A stretch of DNA of 64,000 nucleotides from Calditrichia bacterium (lineage in GTDB: Bacteria; Calditrichota; Calditrichia; JAJRVZ01): positions 650,730 to 714,729 of the forward strand of contig CAWCNS010000005.1 of NCBI GenBank assembly GCA_963796965.1. Direction: 5' to 3'. Positions 33,005 to 44,171 of the stretch are shown piece by piece. A program made the position numbers and the translations under genes. The notes beneath the pieces were generated by a model. That model had not been told where the DNA came from. It saw nothing but the letters and a program-made list of their open reading frames with translations, and made no database searches. Each line of letters starts with the position of its first letter. Within the stretch, counting starts at the first letter, position 1.

Positions 33005-36000
33005 CTATAATTTATTGAATTTACGATCAAATTCTTTGTTGAGAGATTTGGCTGTTTTTATATTATCTTCCGGGAATCTATCGATCAACAAAAAATTGGG
33101 ATCAATTCCCGCCCTGCCCGGTTCCGAATCTAAAACGATTTTTAATTCCATACTGGGTCTATCGATTTTTTGTCTGACAAAATAAATAGGTTTACTTCTC
33201 TCTTGGCTTCCTTTGGCATACACGCCAATATCAATCCAATCATTAACAGGAATCTCGGTTTCAACACCAATCGAATCTGCACGGAATTTGTTACTTTCGA
33301 TGGTTAAATACAATAAATATTTGCCATTATCCAGTTCACGATAGGATGCATCGCTAACCCGGTTACTAAACAAAGTTATTGACTCAAACATATCATACAA
33401 CATCGCTTGTAACGAATCGGGTGTAACCGCCTGAAATTCTCTCATAAGATCTATAGAAGTGGGATATGGAGGATTCGAATAAGCATGGGTTTTAACAAGT
33501 CTACTCAAGGCCAAATTAACTTTATCCTCCCCGATGTAATCCCGCAAAGCATACATTGTTACCCCACCCTTGTTATAGTGGATATAACCTTGATTTTCAT
33601 TACGGTTAAGCGGCATTTCCTTTTTTGATTCCCTGCCCCGGCCACGTAAATATTTATCCATTTCATACCGTAAATATTGATACATTTTTTCACGACCATA
33701 TTCTTGTTCCATCACCATAAGAGCCGTATACTGCGCCAATGTTTCCGAGAGGAAAGTCTCTCCCTTTACTGCTGCGCCCGTTACCTGATGAGCCCACCAT
33801 TGATGTCCAATTTCATGAGCGATAATATAGAACACCATATCTATTTTATCCTGATCCCGAAGATCGGCTATAAAACCGGCTGATTCCGAGCAAGGCATGG
33901 TACCAACAAATGACTGTGCAAATTGTTCAAAGCGCGGGAATTCAATAATCCGGGCTTGCTTATGTGTGTATGGACCAAAATTTTCACTGCCGTATGCTAA
34001 AGTTTTTTTGATAGAGTTTATCATTCTCCCTACGTTCACATTATGTGGTTTATGATAATAAATTTCAACATCGACATCGTTCCATTTATCCCGAGCAACC
34101 TCATATCGACCAGAATTAAAGGTAAAGAATTTCAAGCTTGGGGAATCCAACTTATATTGAAAATAACGGCGGTCGTCTTCATGCCATTCTCTTAGCAAAG
34201 ATCCTGGCGCAATAGCAATTTGATCCGAAGAGGTGCTTATGGTCGTCTCCAATGTTACCCAATCCGAATCAAAGCCGATGTAGTTTTTCATTGTAGCCCT
34301 GGGATCATCCGGATTTGGTAAATCCACATAAGGTGACAAACCATTTTTTATTCGCTCCTTTTTTGATTCCACGGTTCGGTGATTATTGTATCCAATATGT
34401 GGGAGAATATCATATTCAAGAAAGGTCCCATTTGACAATATGCGTTTTTGTGTAATTCGATTTTCAAAACCCCTCGAAACAGAGTTGATTTTAAAAGAAA
34501 GTTGGGTGGAATCACCCGGCAACAATGCTTTCTTTAAGCGAAAAATCCGGTACCCTAAATGATTATTTTCAAATACTAATTCTGAATGTGGGGTTACAAG
34601 ATTTTCCACCCCCCATTTCGGATTGGTTGTAATCCTCAGCGAATCGATATTAGAGGTTGTTTTATTTTTAAGGATATATATCCCTGATATGGTCACATTT
34701 CGGTTTTCCGGATAAATATCTACGTTTAATTTAATATCCGTTACTTTTGGTTGAGGGAGAAATTCTGTTTTTTTATAGATCTTCTCATAGCCAGCATTAA
34801 TTTTATTCTCATCATACTTTGTCCGGTATTCGTTGAGAATATTGGTATTGTAATAGATCCAGCTTCCCATTGCTAGTAAACAAAATAAAGTGATCGTTAA
34901 GGCCAGTCGGGAAGGAGATGTTAAATTTTTACGGGCAAGGGAGAAACGCTCCTTTATCCCAAAAGTTTTACCACGTACCCAAAATATCGAGCCTATGATG
35001 GAGAGCAAAACACAGAAGATCAGCCAGTATATTTTAAAATTAATTATTCCAGCTGAGTAAGGTCCAAATCCATAAAGGTCAGAGTAGATATATTTCGGCA
35101 CTTCTGCGAACCGATATAAATTGTGCATCAATTCCCAATCATCAAATTTATTGTGTAATACAAGCAAGAAAATAATAAGAGCAGCATAAGCAAAATATCG
35201 CTGGTTGATCAGCGTAAGGAATAGCATGGATAGGACACAAAACATGGCAAAATGTGTAAACTCAATAAGAAAAACATCTTTAAAGTAAAGTCCAAATTCA
35301 AAATTTGTATAACCATTTAATAACTGGCTGAGGGAACAAATGATAATAGCAAAAAAACAGAGCAACGCAACCATAAGAATTAGCGCAGTGGTTTTCGACA
35401 TAAAAGCAACCCAGGAAGGGAATGGTGCGGCATCATTCAATTCGTCGAATTTTGCATTTCTCTCCCGCCAGACCAGAACGCCGGCATAATAAACGATTAT
35501 GGGGAAGAATCCGAATAAATAGGCCCCTCTGACAACATCCAACATCTTATAGGTCACCGGATAATCGCTTACACCAAATATATCCGGGGCGACAATGACA
35601 GAAGACGCTAAATTGAATGTTATAAACAATGTAATTAAAATAAAGGCTGGGCTGCGAACAATTCCTAAAAATTCAATTTTAGTTTGACTAAGAAACTGAT
35701 ACAAATGTGTCCTGATCGTGTGGTGAACGTTAATTGAAGGTAAACTTAGATTGAGATAACTGAGACCTGAGGATGATATGGCCAGATCTTCTTTAATCAC
35801 TTTACGACCACGTCTTGTCTTTGCTACGGTAAAGGAAAACACAGAATATAAAACTGCCAGGATGAGTATACTCATCGCAGTCCAAATCGAACGGTTGAGC
35901 AACAACCACCCTGAGACAGAAACCATCGTCGTGTTCTTTTCGACTATGGTCCAGTACTTTGTTGTCAGGACGGCTGCCTCCAGTCCAAAGGGATCAATAA

Positions 36001-36631
36001 AGTAGACAAGGTTTTGCAACTCCAAATTCTGAACCAGCATAATTGTAAAAGCATAACCAAAGAGGAGGAAAATGGTGCTGGCAAAAGCCAAAGTCTGGCT
36101 CCTGCTGATAAGGGCAATACTGTAAAAGACTGCACCAGACAAAATAATATTAGGTAAGTAAAAGATTAAGAAACTGTTTAAATGAGCCGCAAAAATAAAA
36201 GGACCAACCCTATCAGGGTCCGCGAGAAGCGTTCCTGTCAAACTTCCTACAACCGCCCCCAGGAAGGGTATTAACATAATTACGATGGTTCCGCAATATC
36301 GGCCAAATAAATAACCAAACTTTTCCACGGGGGTAGTAAAAATAATCTGACTAAAGTCATGTTTATAATCCCTCAAAGCCGCACCGGACATAAAGGCCGT
36401 CGCCATAAGAATACCAATTAAAGAAAGTATCGAATTGATGGCTAATATTTTGAAAGGTGAGTTGGCATTAACATTATTTAAGTTACCAAAACCCCCAATA
36501 CTCACATTTATATCGACGGTAATCGAGTGGGACAAAAACAGAAACAAGGCAAGAAACGCATAGACCATGGGCTGTCTCAGTCGGTATTTTATCTCAAAAA
36601 TAAAGAATTCTCTAAACATTATTTTCTCCAA
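33005..36631 (-). CDS. ABC-2 type transporter permease fused to an M1-family (aminopeptidase N-like) zinc metallopeptidase domain
   Basis: The 1208 aa ORF has about twelve TM segments in its N-terminal half. The C-terminal half has HEIGHQWW (HExxH) plus a downstream Glu, the gluzincin M1 signature. Confidence 0.7.
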   Translation of the reverse strand: MEKIMFREFFIFEIKYRLRQPMVYAFLALFLFLSHSITVDINVSIGGFGNLNNVNANSPFKILAINSILSLIGILMATAFMSGAALRDYKHDFSQIIFTTPVEKFGYLFGRYCGTIVIMLIPFLGAVVGSLTGTLLADPDRVGPFIFAAHLNSFLIFYLPNIILSGAVFYSIALISRSQTLAFASTIFLLFGYAFTIMLVQNLELQNLVYFIDPFGLEAAVLTTKYWTIVEKNTTMVSVSGWLLLNRSIWTAMSILILAVLYSVFSFTVAKTRRGRKVIKEDLAISSSGLSYLNLSLPSINVHHTIRTHLYQFLSQTKIEFLGIVRSPAFILITLFITFNLASSVIVAPDIFGVSDYPVTYKMLDVVRGAYLFGFFPIIVYYAGVLVWRERNAKFDELNDAAPFPSWVAFMSKTTALILMVALLCFFAIIICSLSQLLNGYTNFEFGLYFKDVFLIEFTHFAMFCVLSMLFLTLINQRYFAYAALIIFLLVLHNKFDDWELMHNLYRFAEVPKYIYSDLYGFGPYSAGIINFKIYWLIFCVLLSIIGSIFWVRGKTFGIKERFSLARKNLTSPSRLALTITLFCLLAMGSWIYYNTNILNEYRTKYDENKINAGYEKIYKKTEFLPQPKVTDIKLNVDIYPENRNVTISGIYILKNKTTSNIDSLRITTNPKWGVENLVTPHSELVFENNHLGYRIFRLKKALLPGDSTQLSFKINSVSRGFENRITQKRILSNGTFLEYDILPHIGYNNHRTVESKKERIKNGLSPYVDLPNPDDPRATMKNYIGFDSDWVTLETTISTSSDQIAIAPGSLLREWHEDDRRYFQYKLDSPSLKFFTFNSGRYEVARDKWNDVDVEIYYHKPHNVNVGRMINSIKKTLAYGSENFGPYTHKQARIIEFPRFEQFAQSFVGTMPCSESAGFIADLRDQDKIDMVFYIIAHEIGHQWWAHQVTGAAVKGETFLSETLAQYTALMVMEQEYGREKMYQYLRYEMDKYLRGRGRESKKEMPLNRNENQGYIHYNKGGVTMYALRDYIGEDKVNLALSRLVKTHAYSNPPYPTSIDLMREFQAVTPDSLQAMLYDMFESITLFSNRVSDASYRELDNGKYLLYLTIESNKFRADSIGVETEIPVNDWIDIGVYAKGSQERSKPIYFVRQKIDRPSMELKIVLDSEPGRAGIDPNFLLIDRFPEDNIKTAKSLNKEFDRKFNKL

Positions 36632-36727
36632 ATCTGTATTCTTGCGGTATAGATAAGAAACACAGAACCTACGATGTACTCATATCCTGAATAATCTATC
36701 TCACACAGCGACACTAAGACGCAACGA

Positions 36728-37607
36728 TTATATTATTTTATTTTTGAGAATTTCAGTAAAGAACACATCTTCCAGGTCCACCTCAACGGGAGTAAAGCCA
36801 TCATCAGGCCTGGTATCATTAAAAACATGGACCTCGGGAATCCCGGCGACAAGTTTGCTGGATATGACCCTGTACTTATGATTATAATCGGGAAGTTGAT
36901 TTTTTTCAATCCTCTTAGACCATATTTTGCCTCTAATCCTCTCAATCGCTTCTTGTGGCTGATCCTTTAAAACGAGTTTCCCGTTATGAATGATGGCCAT
37001 ATCTGTACAAAGTTCTTTTACATCATCAACGATATGGGTAGAGAGAATCACAATAATGCTTTCTCCAATTTCGCTGAGAATATTATAAAAGCGATTGCGC
37101 TCCCCCGGGTCAAGTCCAGCCGTTGGTTCATCGACGATAATTAACAGAGGCTCCCCCAGGAGAGGCCTGAGCAATCCCAAATCTTTGTTTCATACCACCG
37201 GAAAATGTACTCACATATCTTTTGCGGTATTCCCATAGATTGGTTTTCTTTAATAATGCATCAACCATATCCTTGCGTTCACCCTGGACAACAATACCTT
37301 TCAATATGGCCAGGTGATTGAGTAATTCTTCTGTTTTTACGCGAGGATAGACGTTAAATTCCTGAGGCAAATAGCCAAGCACACGTCTTACTGCCATTTT
37401 ATCCTTGAGAATATTCATATCATCCAGAAATATTTCTCCAGAATCCGGTTCCTGTAACGCTGCTATCGTACGCATTAATGTGGACTTCCCGGCGCCATTC
37501 GGACCCAACAACCCAAACATACCCTGGTTAATGGTAAGGTTAATATCAGAAAGTGCCTTAACGCCGTTTGGGTAGGTTTTAGAGAGATTATTGATTTTTA
37601 TTTCCAT
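36728..37607 (-). pseudogene. ABC transporter ATP-binding protein, partner of the permease-M1 fusion, with one frameshift near 37160
   Basis: The N-terminal fragment has Walker A GPNGAGKST and the start of the signature LSGG. The C-terminal fragment has LLIIVDEPTAGLD (Walker B). The frames differ around caggcctctcctggggg, which reads LLGEP if one C is removed. Confidence 0.7.
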
Positions 37608-37803
37608 CGGAAACCTCTGTTTTGGATAGTACAGTTTTAGCCCATTTTCAAGATGGACTAAAACTCGACCATATTATCATTAATTGTTCTACGGGAATTT
37701 AATGTAAAAGATATACGGTCTCAATGACCGATTAACAGCTGGTAGGATTATCTGTGGATTGGGTAAATATCAGTTATTATTTGGTATTGGGGTTAGTATT
37801 ATT

Positions 37804-37939
37804 TCTCGCAAAGACGCTAAGACGCAAAGTTCATTTCCACGGAGAGTGAACTAAACATTTTAGCCTTGCGATCTCTGGCCTTTCACATTAGGACGCTGAT
37901 ACTGATTTTACCACGAAGATCACGAAGTACACGAAGCAC
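37804..37939. repeat. Heptad-array element: tctcgcaaagacgctaagacgcaaag, hairpin gttcatttccacggagagtgaac, and triple tandem (a/t)ycacgaag
   Basis: Three exact CACGAAG words at 9 bp period lie at 37909-37939, preceded by a GCAAAG/GCTAAG tandem. Confidence 0.55.
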
Positions 37940-38029
37940 ATATCAAAGTTAAGAATTAAGTTTGTTTCTGTATGGTTGAGGTAATTTTAATGCTTATTAT
38001 ATCCAGTTAAAAATCATAATTACTTCTTA

Positions 38030-38065
38030 CCTTTTGCCTTTTTCCTTTTTCCTTTTACCTTTTCC
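38030..38065. repeat. Tandem heptad (TTTTNCC)x5 abutting the LytTR stop codon
   Basis: ccttttg cctttttc ctttttc cttttac cttttcc. Confidence 0.5.
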
Positions 38066-38812
38066 CTATTTCATAAACCGCTCCATCAGCAATTCTTTTT
38101 TTCGACGCGATACTTCAATAATTGAATCATCGGACATTTTTACATATCCGCCGCTTCCTTTGATATAACGCTGGACATGTGAAGCATTGATTAAATGCGA
38201 TTGATGAACACGTATGAAATCCATATCATGTAAAAGTTCATCGAAATCTTTCAAAGTTTTGCTGACCAGTATTTTCTCATTGTTGGCAAAAATAAAATTG
38301 GTATAATTCTTCTCTGCCTCACAACGGATAATATCAGCAATTTTCACAACCATAAAACCGTCCAAGGTAGGAAGTACCATATTGCTTAGTTGTTTATTCA
38401 AATTGCTAATATTTTCTACAAAGGCTCCAATTTGCGGCTGGATTGTGCCGCTGAGATTTCGTTGACGAATTTTGGCCACAGCAGCGACTAAATCAGTTGC
38501 ATTAATCGGTTTTAAAAGATAATCCAATGCACAGACTTTGATTGCCTGTAAGGCATATTGATCATGGGCCGTCGTAAATATGACATCAAAGTTTGCATGT
38601 TTACAGGCTTCCAAAAGATCAAATCCAGAGCCAAGTGGTAGTTCGATATCGAGAAAAACAAGTTGCGGTTCCCATTTTTTTATCTGTTCTATTCCCTGCT
38701 CGGCGGATGCCGCTTCATCGATTACCTGGATTTCTTCACAATAATTTTCCAAAAATCCTCGCAAAGTGTCACGGCTGCTTTTTTCGTCATCAATGATGAG
38801 TGCTTTTATCAT
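38066..38812 (-). CDS. LytTR-family response regulator (receiver plus LytTR DNA-binding domain)
   Basis: The 248 aa ORF has an N-terminal receiver (IIDDE...FLDIELP) and a C-terminal LytTR domain. Confidence 0.85.
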   Translation of the reverse strand: MIKALIIDDEKSSRDTLRGFLENYCEEIQVIDEAASAEQGIEQIKKWEPQLVFLDIELPLGSGFDLLEACKHANFDVIFTTAHDQYALQAIKVCALDYLLKPINATDLVAAVAKIRQRNLSGTIQPQIGAFVENISNLNKQLSNMVLPTLDGFMVVKIADIIRCEAEKNYTNFIFANNEKILVSKTLKDFDELLHDMDFIRVHQSHLINASHVQRYIKGSGGYVKMSDDSIIEVSRRKKELLMERFMK

Positions 38813-38998
38813 TTCTTTGTTACTCTAATTAAATAAATTATTGTTCGCTATGATGTTAAGTTTATAGGCCACAGAGTCACAGAGGTCCCGGAGGAAAATA
38901 ATAGTCTCTTTTTAACTCTCTCCCCTTTTGGGCGATAGGGGGAGCATCCTTATTGGATAGCTTTTCAGGTTTCAACAAGAAAAAATTGCTTCATAAAA

Positions 38999-40291
38999 TT
39001 AACTCAACTCAATCGGGATTTCCAATCGAACCAATGTACCTGTTTGCTGGCTATTCTCCTTCTCCAAATCTATGGTCTCACAGACTATCTTATTTCGGGT
39101 CTTTAGATTCATTAACGCGATACGTTTATTTACAATTTCGGTTCCTTTGGATCGATGCGGAACACGGTCTTTTGATTTATATTCCGCTGCTTTTTTTCGT
39201 CCAATACCATTATCTTCGATTTCGCATACGATCCGTTTATTATCAATCCTTGAAAACCGAAGATTTATTTTTCCGCGTTCTTCTTTTTTCATCAATCCAT
39301 GCCAAACGGCATTCTCGACAAATGTTTGAATTAGCATCGTTGGAATTTCAATATAATAAATATCCTTATCCTTTACAGTTATCTCATAATCAAAACCATT
39401 ATCAAAACGCAGGGATTCAATTTGTAAATAGAGATCTAATGTGGCAATTTCCTCACTTAATGCTATAGTCGGCTGATTTGAGTTTTCAAGCACTTTGCGC
39501 ATCATATTTGCAAACTTTTGTAAGTAAGTGTGCGCTGAATCTTTATCATTCGCCATAATATATCGTTGTACGGAATTGAGAGAGTTGAAGATAAAATGGG
39601 GATTCATTTGTGCTAATAAAGCATCCTGCTCAACCTTAATAAGATTGGCCTTCCATTCAACATTTGTTTTAAACCGTTTTATTACCCAAATGATAAAGGC
39701 AGATAATACAAACAAGAGAACAGCTAAGAAACCAATCTTAATATAAACTGTCTCAAAAAGTCGTTTTTCCTTTTTAAAAGTATGCAATCCGCTTTTACTG
39801 AGAAATAACATGTTATCAGGATCCTCTGAAATAGCGAGGATATGATAATTTTTTAAAGGCTCAAATACATAGAAATGGTTATCCAGGAAGGCAAAAGGCC
39901 CGCTTGACGTTGCCACCCAAAGATCTCCCTTCTCTGAAACAAAGAGATCGTGAATATCTTTGTCAAACAAACCATCCTTATAGGTATATGAACGATACCG
40001 GGCACCCTCTATAACCCTAAGACCGTCTCGACTTCCCATCCAGATTTGACCATTCCTGTCAAAGGTGATTGCGGTAATTGAATCCGGAGAAAGTTCAAGA
40101 TTTTTTAGATGGTAGCGGAGAAGATTATCTGGTGCTTGATTGAGTAATGTATCACCTCTAAGCCCAGGCATAAGGTTTCGAGCAAGAGAGATGCTTTCTG
40201 GTGGAGCTGTTGATACTGTGGAGGGATTTTGTGCCAGAAGGGTTAACTGGGCAACTGTTATCACCAATATAATAGACATTAGATTATACAC
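38999..40291 (-). CDS. Sensor histidine kinase of LytS/YehU type with an N-terminal beta-propeller sensor
   Basis: The 430 aa ORF has a signal sequence and propeller-like repeats (DGLRV..G). After one TM segment come His_kinase (LAQMNPHFIFNSLNSVQ) and HATPase_c domains. Confidence 0.8.
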   Translation of the reverse strand: MYNLMSIILVITVAQLTLLAQNPSTVSTAPPESISLARNLMPGLRGDTLLNQAPDNLLRYHLKNLELSPDSITAITFDRNGQIWMGSRDGLRVIEGARYRSYTYKDGLFDKDIHDLFVSEKGDLWVATSSGPFAFLDNHFYVFEPLKNYHILAISEDPDNMLFLSKSGLHTFKKEKRLFETVYIKIGFLAVLLFVLSAFIIWVIKRFKTNVEWKANLIKVEQDALLAQMNPHFIFNSLNSVQRYIMANDKDSAHTYLQKFANMMRKVLENSNQPTIALSEEIATLDLYLQIESLRFDNGFDYEITVKDKDIYYIEIPTMLIQTFVENAVWHGLMKKEERGKINLRFSRIDNKRIVCEIEDNGIGRKKAAEYKSKDRVPHRSKGTEIVNKRIALMNLKTRNKIVCETIDLEKENSQQTGTLVRLEIPIELS

Positions 40292-40321
40292 GGTGAATAA
40301 GTTATATTTTTAAGAATTTAA

Positions 40322-40627
40322 TTACAATACAAATTTTATTGTATCGTCATTTTTCAGACGCTTAAAAATTGCCAGTCGTTCCGTCTCATCATCGACAACT
40401 AATTCCATATTTAATGAATAGTATTTGCCACCCGAACTGCGGTTCGAGACAGAAAGCGTAAACTTTTTATTGCCCGCAGCGTCAGCAGCGGCATCTCGCA
40501 GATTTTTCTCATCATCACCAATAATTCTATAGGACCAGTGGCAGGGGTACGTAATTTTTATTTTTTTCATGGAATTCAGACTTTTTTGTTTTTCAATCCT
40601 ATTCCAAATATACTTTATAAACACCAA
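40322..40627 (-). CDS. YbeD/UPF0250 (DUF493)-like small protein
   Basis: The 101 aa ORF has YPCHWSYRIIG...GKYYSLNMELVV, resembling the FPC..KV.G...GKY.S... pattern of the YbeD family. Confidence 0.4.
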   Translation of the reverse strand: MVFIKYIWNRIEKQKSLNSMKKIKITYPCHWSYRIIGDDEKNLRDAAADAAGNKKFTLSVSNRSSGGKYYSLNMELVVDDETERLAIFKRLKNDDTIKFVL

Positions 40628-40692
40628 ACAATAATGAAAAATTCAGTTCAATGGGGATATTGAATCCATGATACAAATCAAGGTTTTTACAC

Positions 40693-43600
40693 TTACTCTT
40701 GCAGGAGAACCACTTTAGATATCATCAGACTGGATTCTGTTTCAGATTTGGCTTTTAATATAAGTTTACCGTCATTGCTATCTTCGCGCATTATATGGAA
40801 CTTTACCCAGGAACCATCACCCTGGTATGAACCCAATTTGGATTTCCGCCCTTCAAACTCAAGCAAACCGGTCCTTTGGTTGTTGTTTAAATCGCTAAAA
40901 TGGACAAGCAATGTTCCGAGTATTCCTTTGGGACAATCGATAGTGAGCTGCATGTCTTTCCCATGCCATACGGCAGTACTTTCCTTTTTCAAAACACCCT
41001 CGGCAATTAAATTGTAACCAACATCTTTGGAGATCGCAACATCATCTAATTCAGACTTCCAGGGTTGAGACTTGGTCTCTATTTGAAGGTTTCCGGCGGC
41101 ATTCACAATCAAGATGGCATTATCATATTCATTTGGCCGGGAAGTGGTTTCAGCATTTGGAAGAGCAGGAAATGCATTTTTTAGCCAGGCATAGGTGATG
41201 GTTTGCTTAGGGTCAAAATCCGAAGAATTCATGTATAACAACAAGTCTTTGCTTTAACTGTCTGGCAACGGGTAATTGAGATTTCAAATTGTAACCACAA
41301 ACTAACAATTTTCCCTTTCCAACCTTTAACTCGAATATGGAACCAATTTTGTTATTTCGATGAAAATCATCCACAGGCTGTGCAATAGGCTTATATGAGG
41401 CGGGCAATTCATTCAAAATAAAGCCCTTAGCCAGATTGGAAATAGTTTCCCATTGCCAATCAGAATGGCAGGAGGTTGAAAAGTGATTAAATGCGGGATG
41501 ACTATCTTTCAACAGCAGGCCCAGGCAGGTCTTTCCCTGACCGGGAAAAAAGGTTAATGACCAATACAAAGGATAAAAATTGGTTTCGACAGAAGTCTCC
41601 TCATTTCCTAGCGCATGAGCTAACAATAAGACTTTGCCGCCATTTCCCAGTACTTTATCCGTTATTTCATCCAATTTTTCCGAGATCAGCACATCTCCAC
41701 TATCTATTTCCCTAAGCTTTGCCGGATACACCCAGATATCCCATTCATTTCTATAATCGGTTCCTTCAATATCAATGGAAACAGATAGTTTTTCTGCCCT
41801 GTCGATTTCATTAAGTTTAAATTGGATTGTCCCTATATCAGTTAAAGTCCCTAATTCGAATGTCAGCTCGCCAAATATGCCCTGTGAAACTGTTTTACCA
41901 TTTTCATTACAAATTTTCCAATGACAAACAGCCGTCACGGGCTCTTTTCCATGGTGAGAAATCTGAGCACGTGCGATGAAAGTTTCATGGGATTGCCAAA
42001 CAAATTTCTCTATTCTTAACAGGGGGACAGTGGTAGTGTAATGTTCTCTGAATTTTTCTGGTGTGGTAATACCTTTACTCTCCCAATGGGCATCGAGCCA
42101 GCCAATCAATGCTTCCCCTTGCCCCTGATAATCCTGCATACTTAACAATTGCACGCCGGCACAACTTGCGGTCCTTAGGAATGATTCCGTTTCGTATTTA
42201 TACAGAAGCTGATTAAGTGCACCCGATGCTTTTGCAAAATCTACATCCTGATCTGCAATGCCGTTTTTTGATGCCTGCTCTTTAAATTCTTCAAAATTAC
42301 GCGCCTTTAGCACACCCGTATACTTATCAATTTCTGACCACTGCGGGTATACCGGCCATTGTCCGATTTCATGCGCAATAATCGGAATATTCATTTTAGA
42401 ATACGTTTCTTCAAAATCCCAATTGGTATCTGCACCCCTTAAACCACGGGTACGGCCAATATCCGAAATAAAGTGTGTTGCACAATAATCATCAACTTCT
42501 GTGATTTTTCTTGCTGTTGACACAGCGTATAATCTACGGGGATCTTTCAGTTTCAAATCTGCGACCCATTGTTTCGTCACATCAAAATCAGAATTGCCTA
42601 ATTCATTGCCAATACAAAACATAATAAAGGAGGGGTGATTGCCATAGGTTTCAACCACACGATTCATCTCAGCTATAACAAAATTGTCGCGTAAGGTATC
42701 AAAACCAAGACCTTTCGGATGACCTTTTGTATCCATCTCCGGACGGCCACGGGCTACCATATCGGCACTCATCCACCAGTCAATCCAAATCGATGCCTCT
42801 GCCTGTATATATATTCCAACCCTGTCAGCGGCTCTGAACGCCGCCTCCGGCGGACACCAGGAATGGAAACGGACATGATTTAATCCATAGTCCTTATATA
42901 TCTTAAAGATGCGTTCCCAATCCTCCAGTTTGCATGAGGGATATCCGGTGAGAGGAAAGTGGACACAATCAAGATTTCCCCGCAGGAAAACTGGATTACC
43001 ATTGATAAGTATTTTGGTTCCGTTATGACTTACCTGATAATATCCAAATTCCGTTTCAACTGTATCAGATCCCGTTTCGTTATTTAACCAGGTCTTCATA
43101 ATGTAAACATGGGGTGTAAATTCACTCCACTTCTTAAGTTTTCCCTTGATTGCTAATATCAGATTAAACTCATTTTGAGTTTCAGAGAGCGTAATATTCT
43201 TTTCACCGGAAAGGACTGTATCTCTGCTTTCGATTGAACCAATATTATATCCCAGGGTTACTTTATCACCCTTATTTAAACCTGCAAATATGGTAACAGC
43301 CAGTTCCTGATTATCAATGTCCGGATATATGTTAACCTTTTTAATTTGTAGTGATCCCCTGGCTCTTAATTCCATTTTTCCAACAATTCCATTCCAGATA
43401 CTTTGAGTATAGTCACTATAGGCATGACCCTTGTCACCGATGTTATGGATCATATCGTTATTAATCTCAATTGTTAAGGTATGTTTCCCAACGGAAAGTG
43501 ATCCAATATCATGAACATGGGGAGTACCCAAAGCATCTGCCCGGCTTAGTTCTTTTTGATCAATAAATATCCGTGACTCCCAGAGTACACGTTCAAAAAA

Positions 43601-43951
43601 AACTTCAACTTCCTTATTTTCCCAAGTTTTAGGTACTTCTATTTCGCGGGTATATTTTGCTTTTCCAATATACTTGTATTCAGGAGTCAGAATTCCAAAG
43701 TCCGAACCCGTTGTCTTGTATCCAAATCCTTTTTCTGCGAGAGATGCCGGTAGTTCAATCATTCCTTCAAGGTTAAAATTATCCGGGTATTGCTCTGACA
43801 ATTCGAGATTACCTTCCAATTGAACATGCCACTTTCCGGATAGATCAATCTTATTCTGGGCAAAAAGCACTTGTAAACCTAAAAGAAAAATGAGACTAAA
43901 CAGTAATAATCCTTTATTCATAACTTTCTCAGTTCTTATAATCCAAATCAT
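40693..43951 (-). pseudogene. GH2-family glycoside hydrolase (~1095 aa) with one frameshift near 41213-41244
   Basis: The 912 aa fragment has a signal peptide, a sugar-binding N-terminal domain and a TIM barrel with NHVRFHSW and CIGNELGN (catalytic NE). The 183 aa downstream fragment in another frame supplies the C-terminal beta-sandwich. Confidence 0.6.
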
Positions 43952-43999
43952 AATAGCAAATAAAGATGTATGGATCTTTTTGAATAAGCAAAATCAATT

Positions 44000-44107
44000 C
44001 CCCCCTTAAAGGGGGCTAGCCCCGAAGGGATGCCTTCGGCAGGGTATGTTTTTACCTGCCTTATAGAGAGACCACATCCCCCTTAATCCCCCTTTCCAAG
44101 GGGGAGA
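44000..44107. repeat. GC-rich multi-hairpin element, copy A (cccccttaaaggggg; ccgaagggatgccttcgg; ccccctttccaaggggg)
   Basis: It shares about 35 nt of near-identical sequence (ggctagccccgaagggatgccttcggcaggg) in inverted orientation with 49567-49600. Confidence 0.55.
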
Positions 44108-44171
44108 CAGGTTCTCGCTATACCATGAATATTGCTTAATAACCGATACTGTCGAAAAGACACAACAAATG

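Noticed and set aside
32694-33185. Plus-strand 163 aa ORF at 32694-33185
   Set aside because: It overlaps the 3' end of the 1208 aa permease-M1 gene. It is Cys/Arg-rich and low-complexity with no recognisable domain, and is probably spurious. The non-coding part (32602-33004) is noted as unexplained.
38919-38946. Hairpin ctcccc-N12-ggggag downstream of the histidine-kinase stop, a possible terminator
   Set aside because: The T-run lies on the wrong side for the minus-strand gene. It was left uncalled because Bacteroidota terminators are poorly defined by eye.
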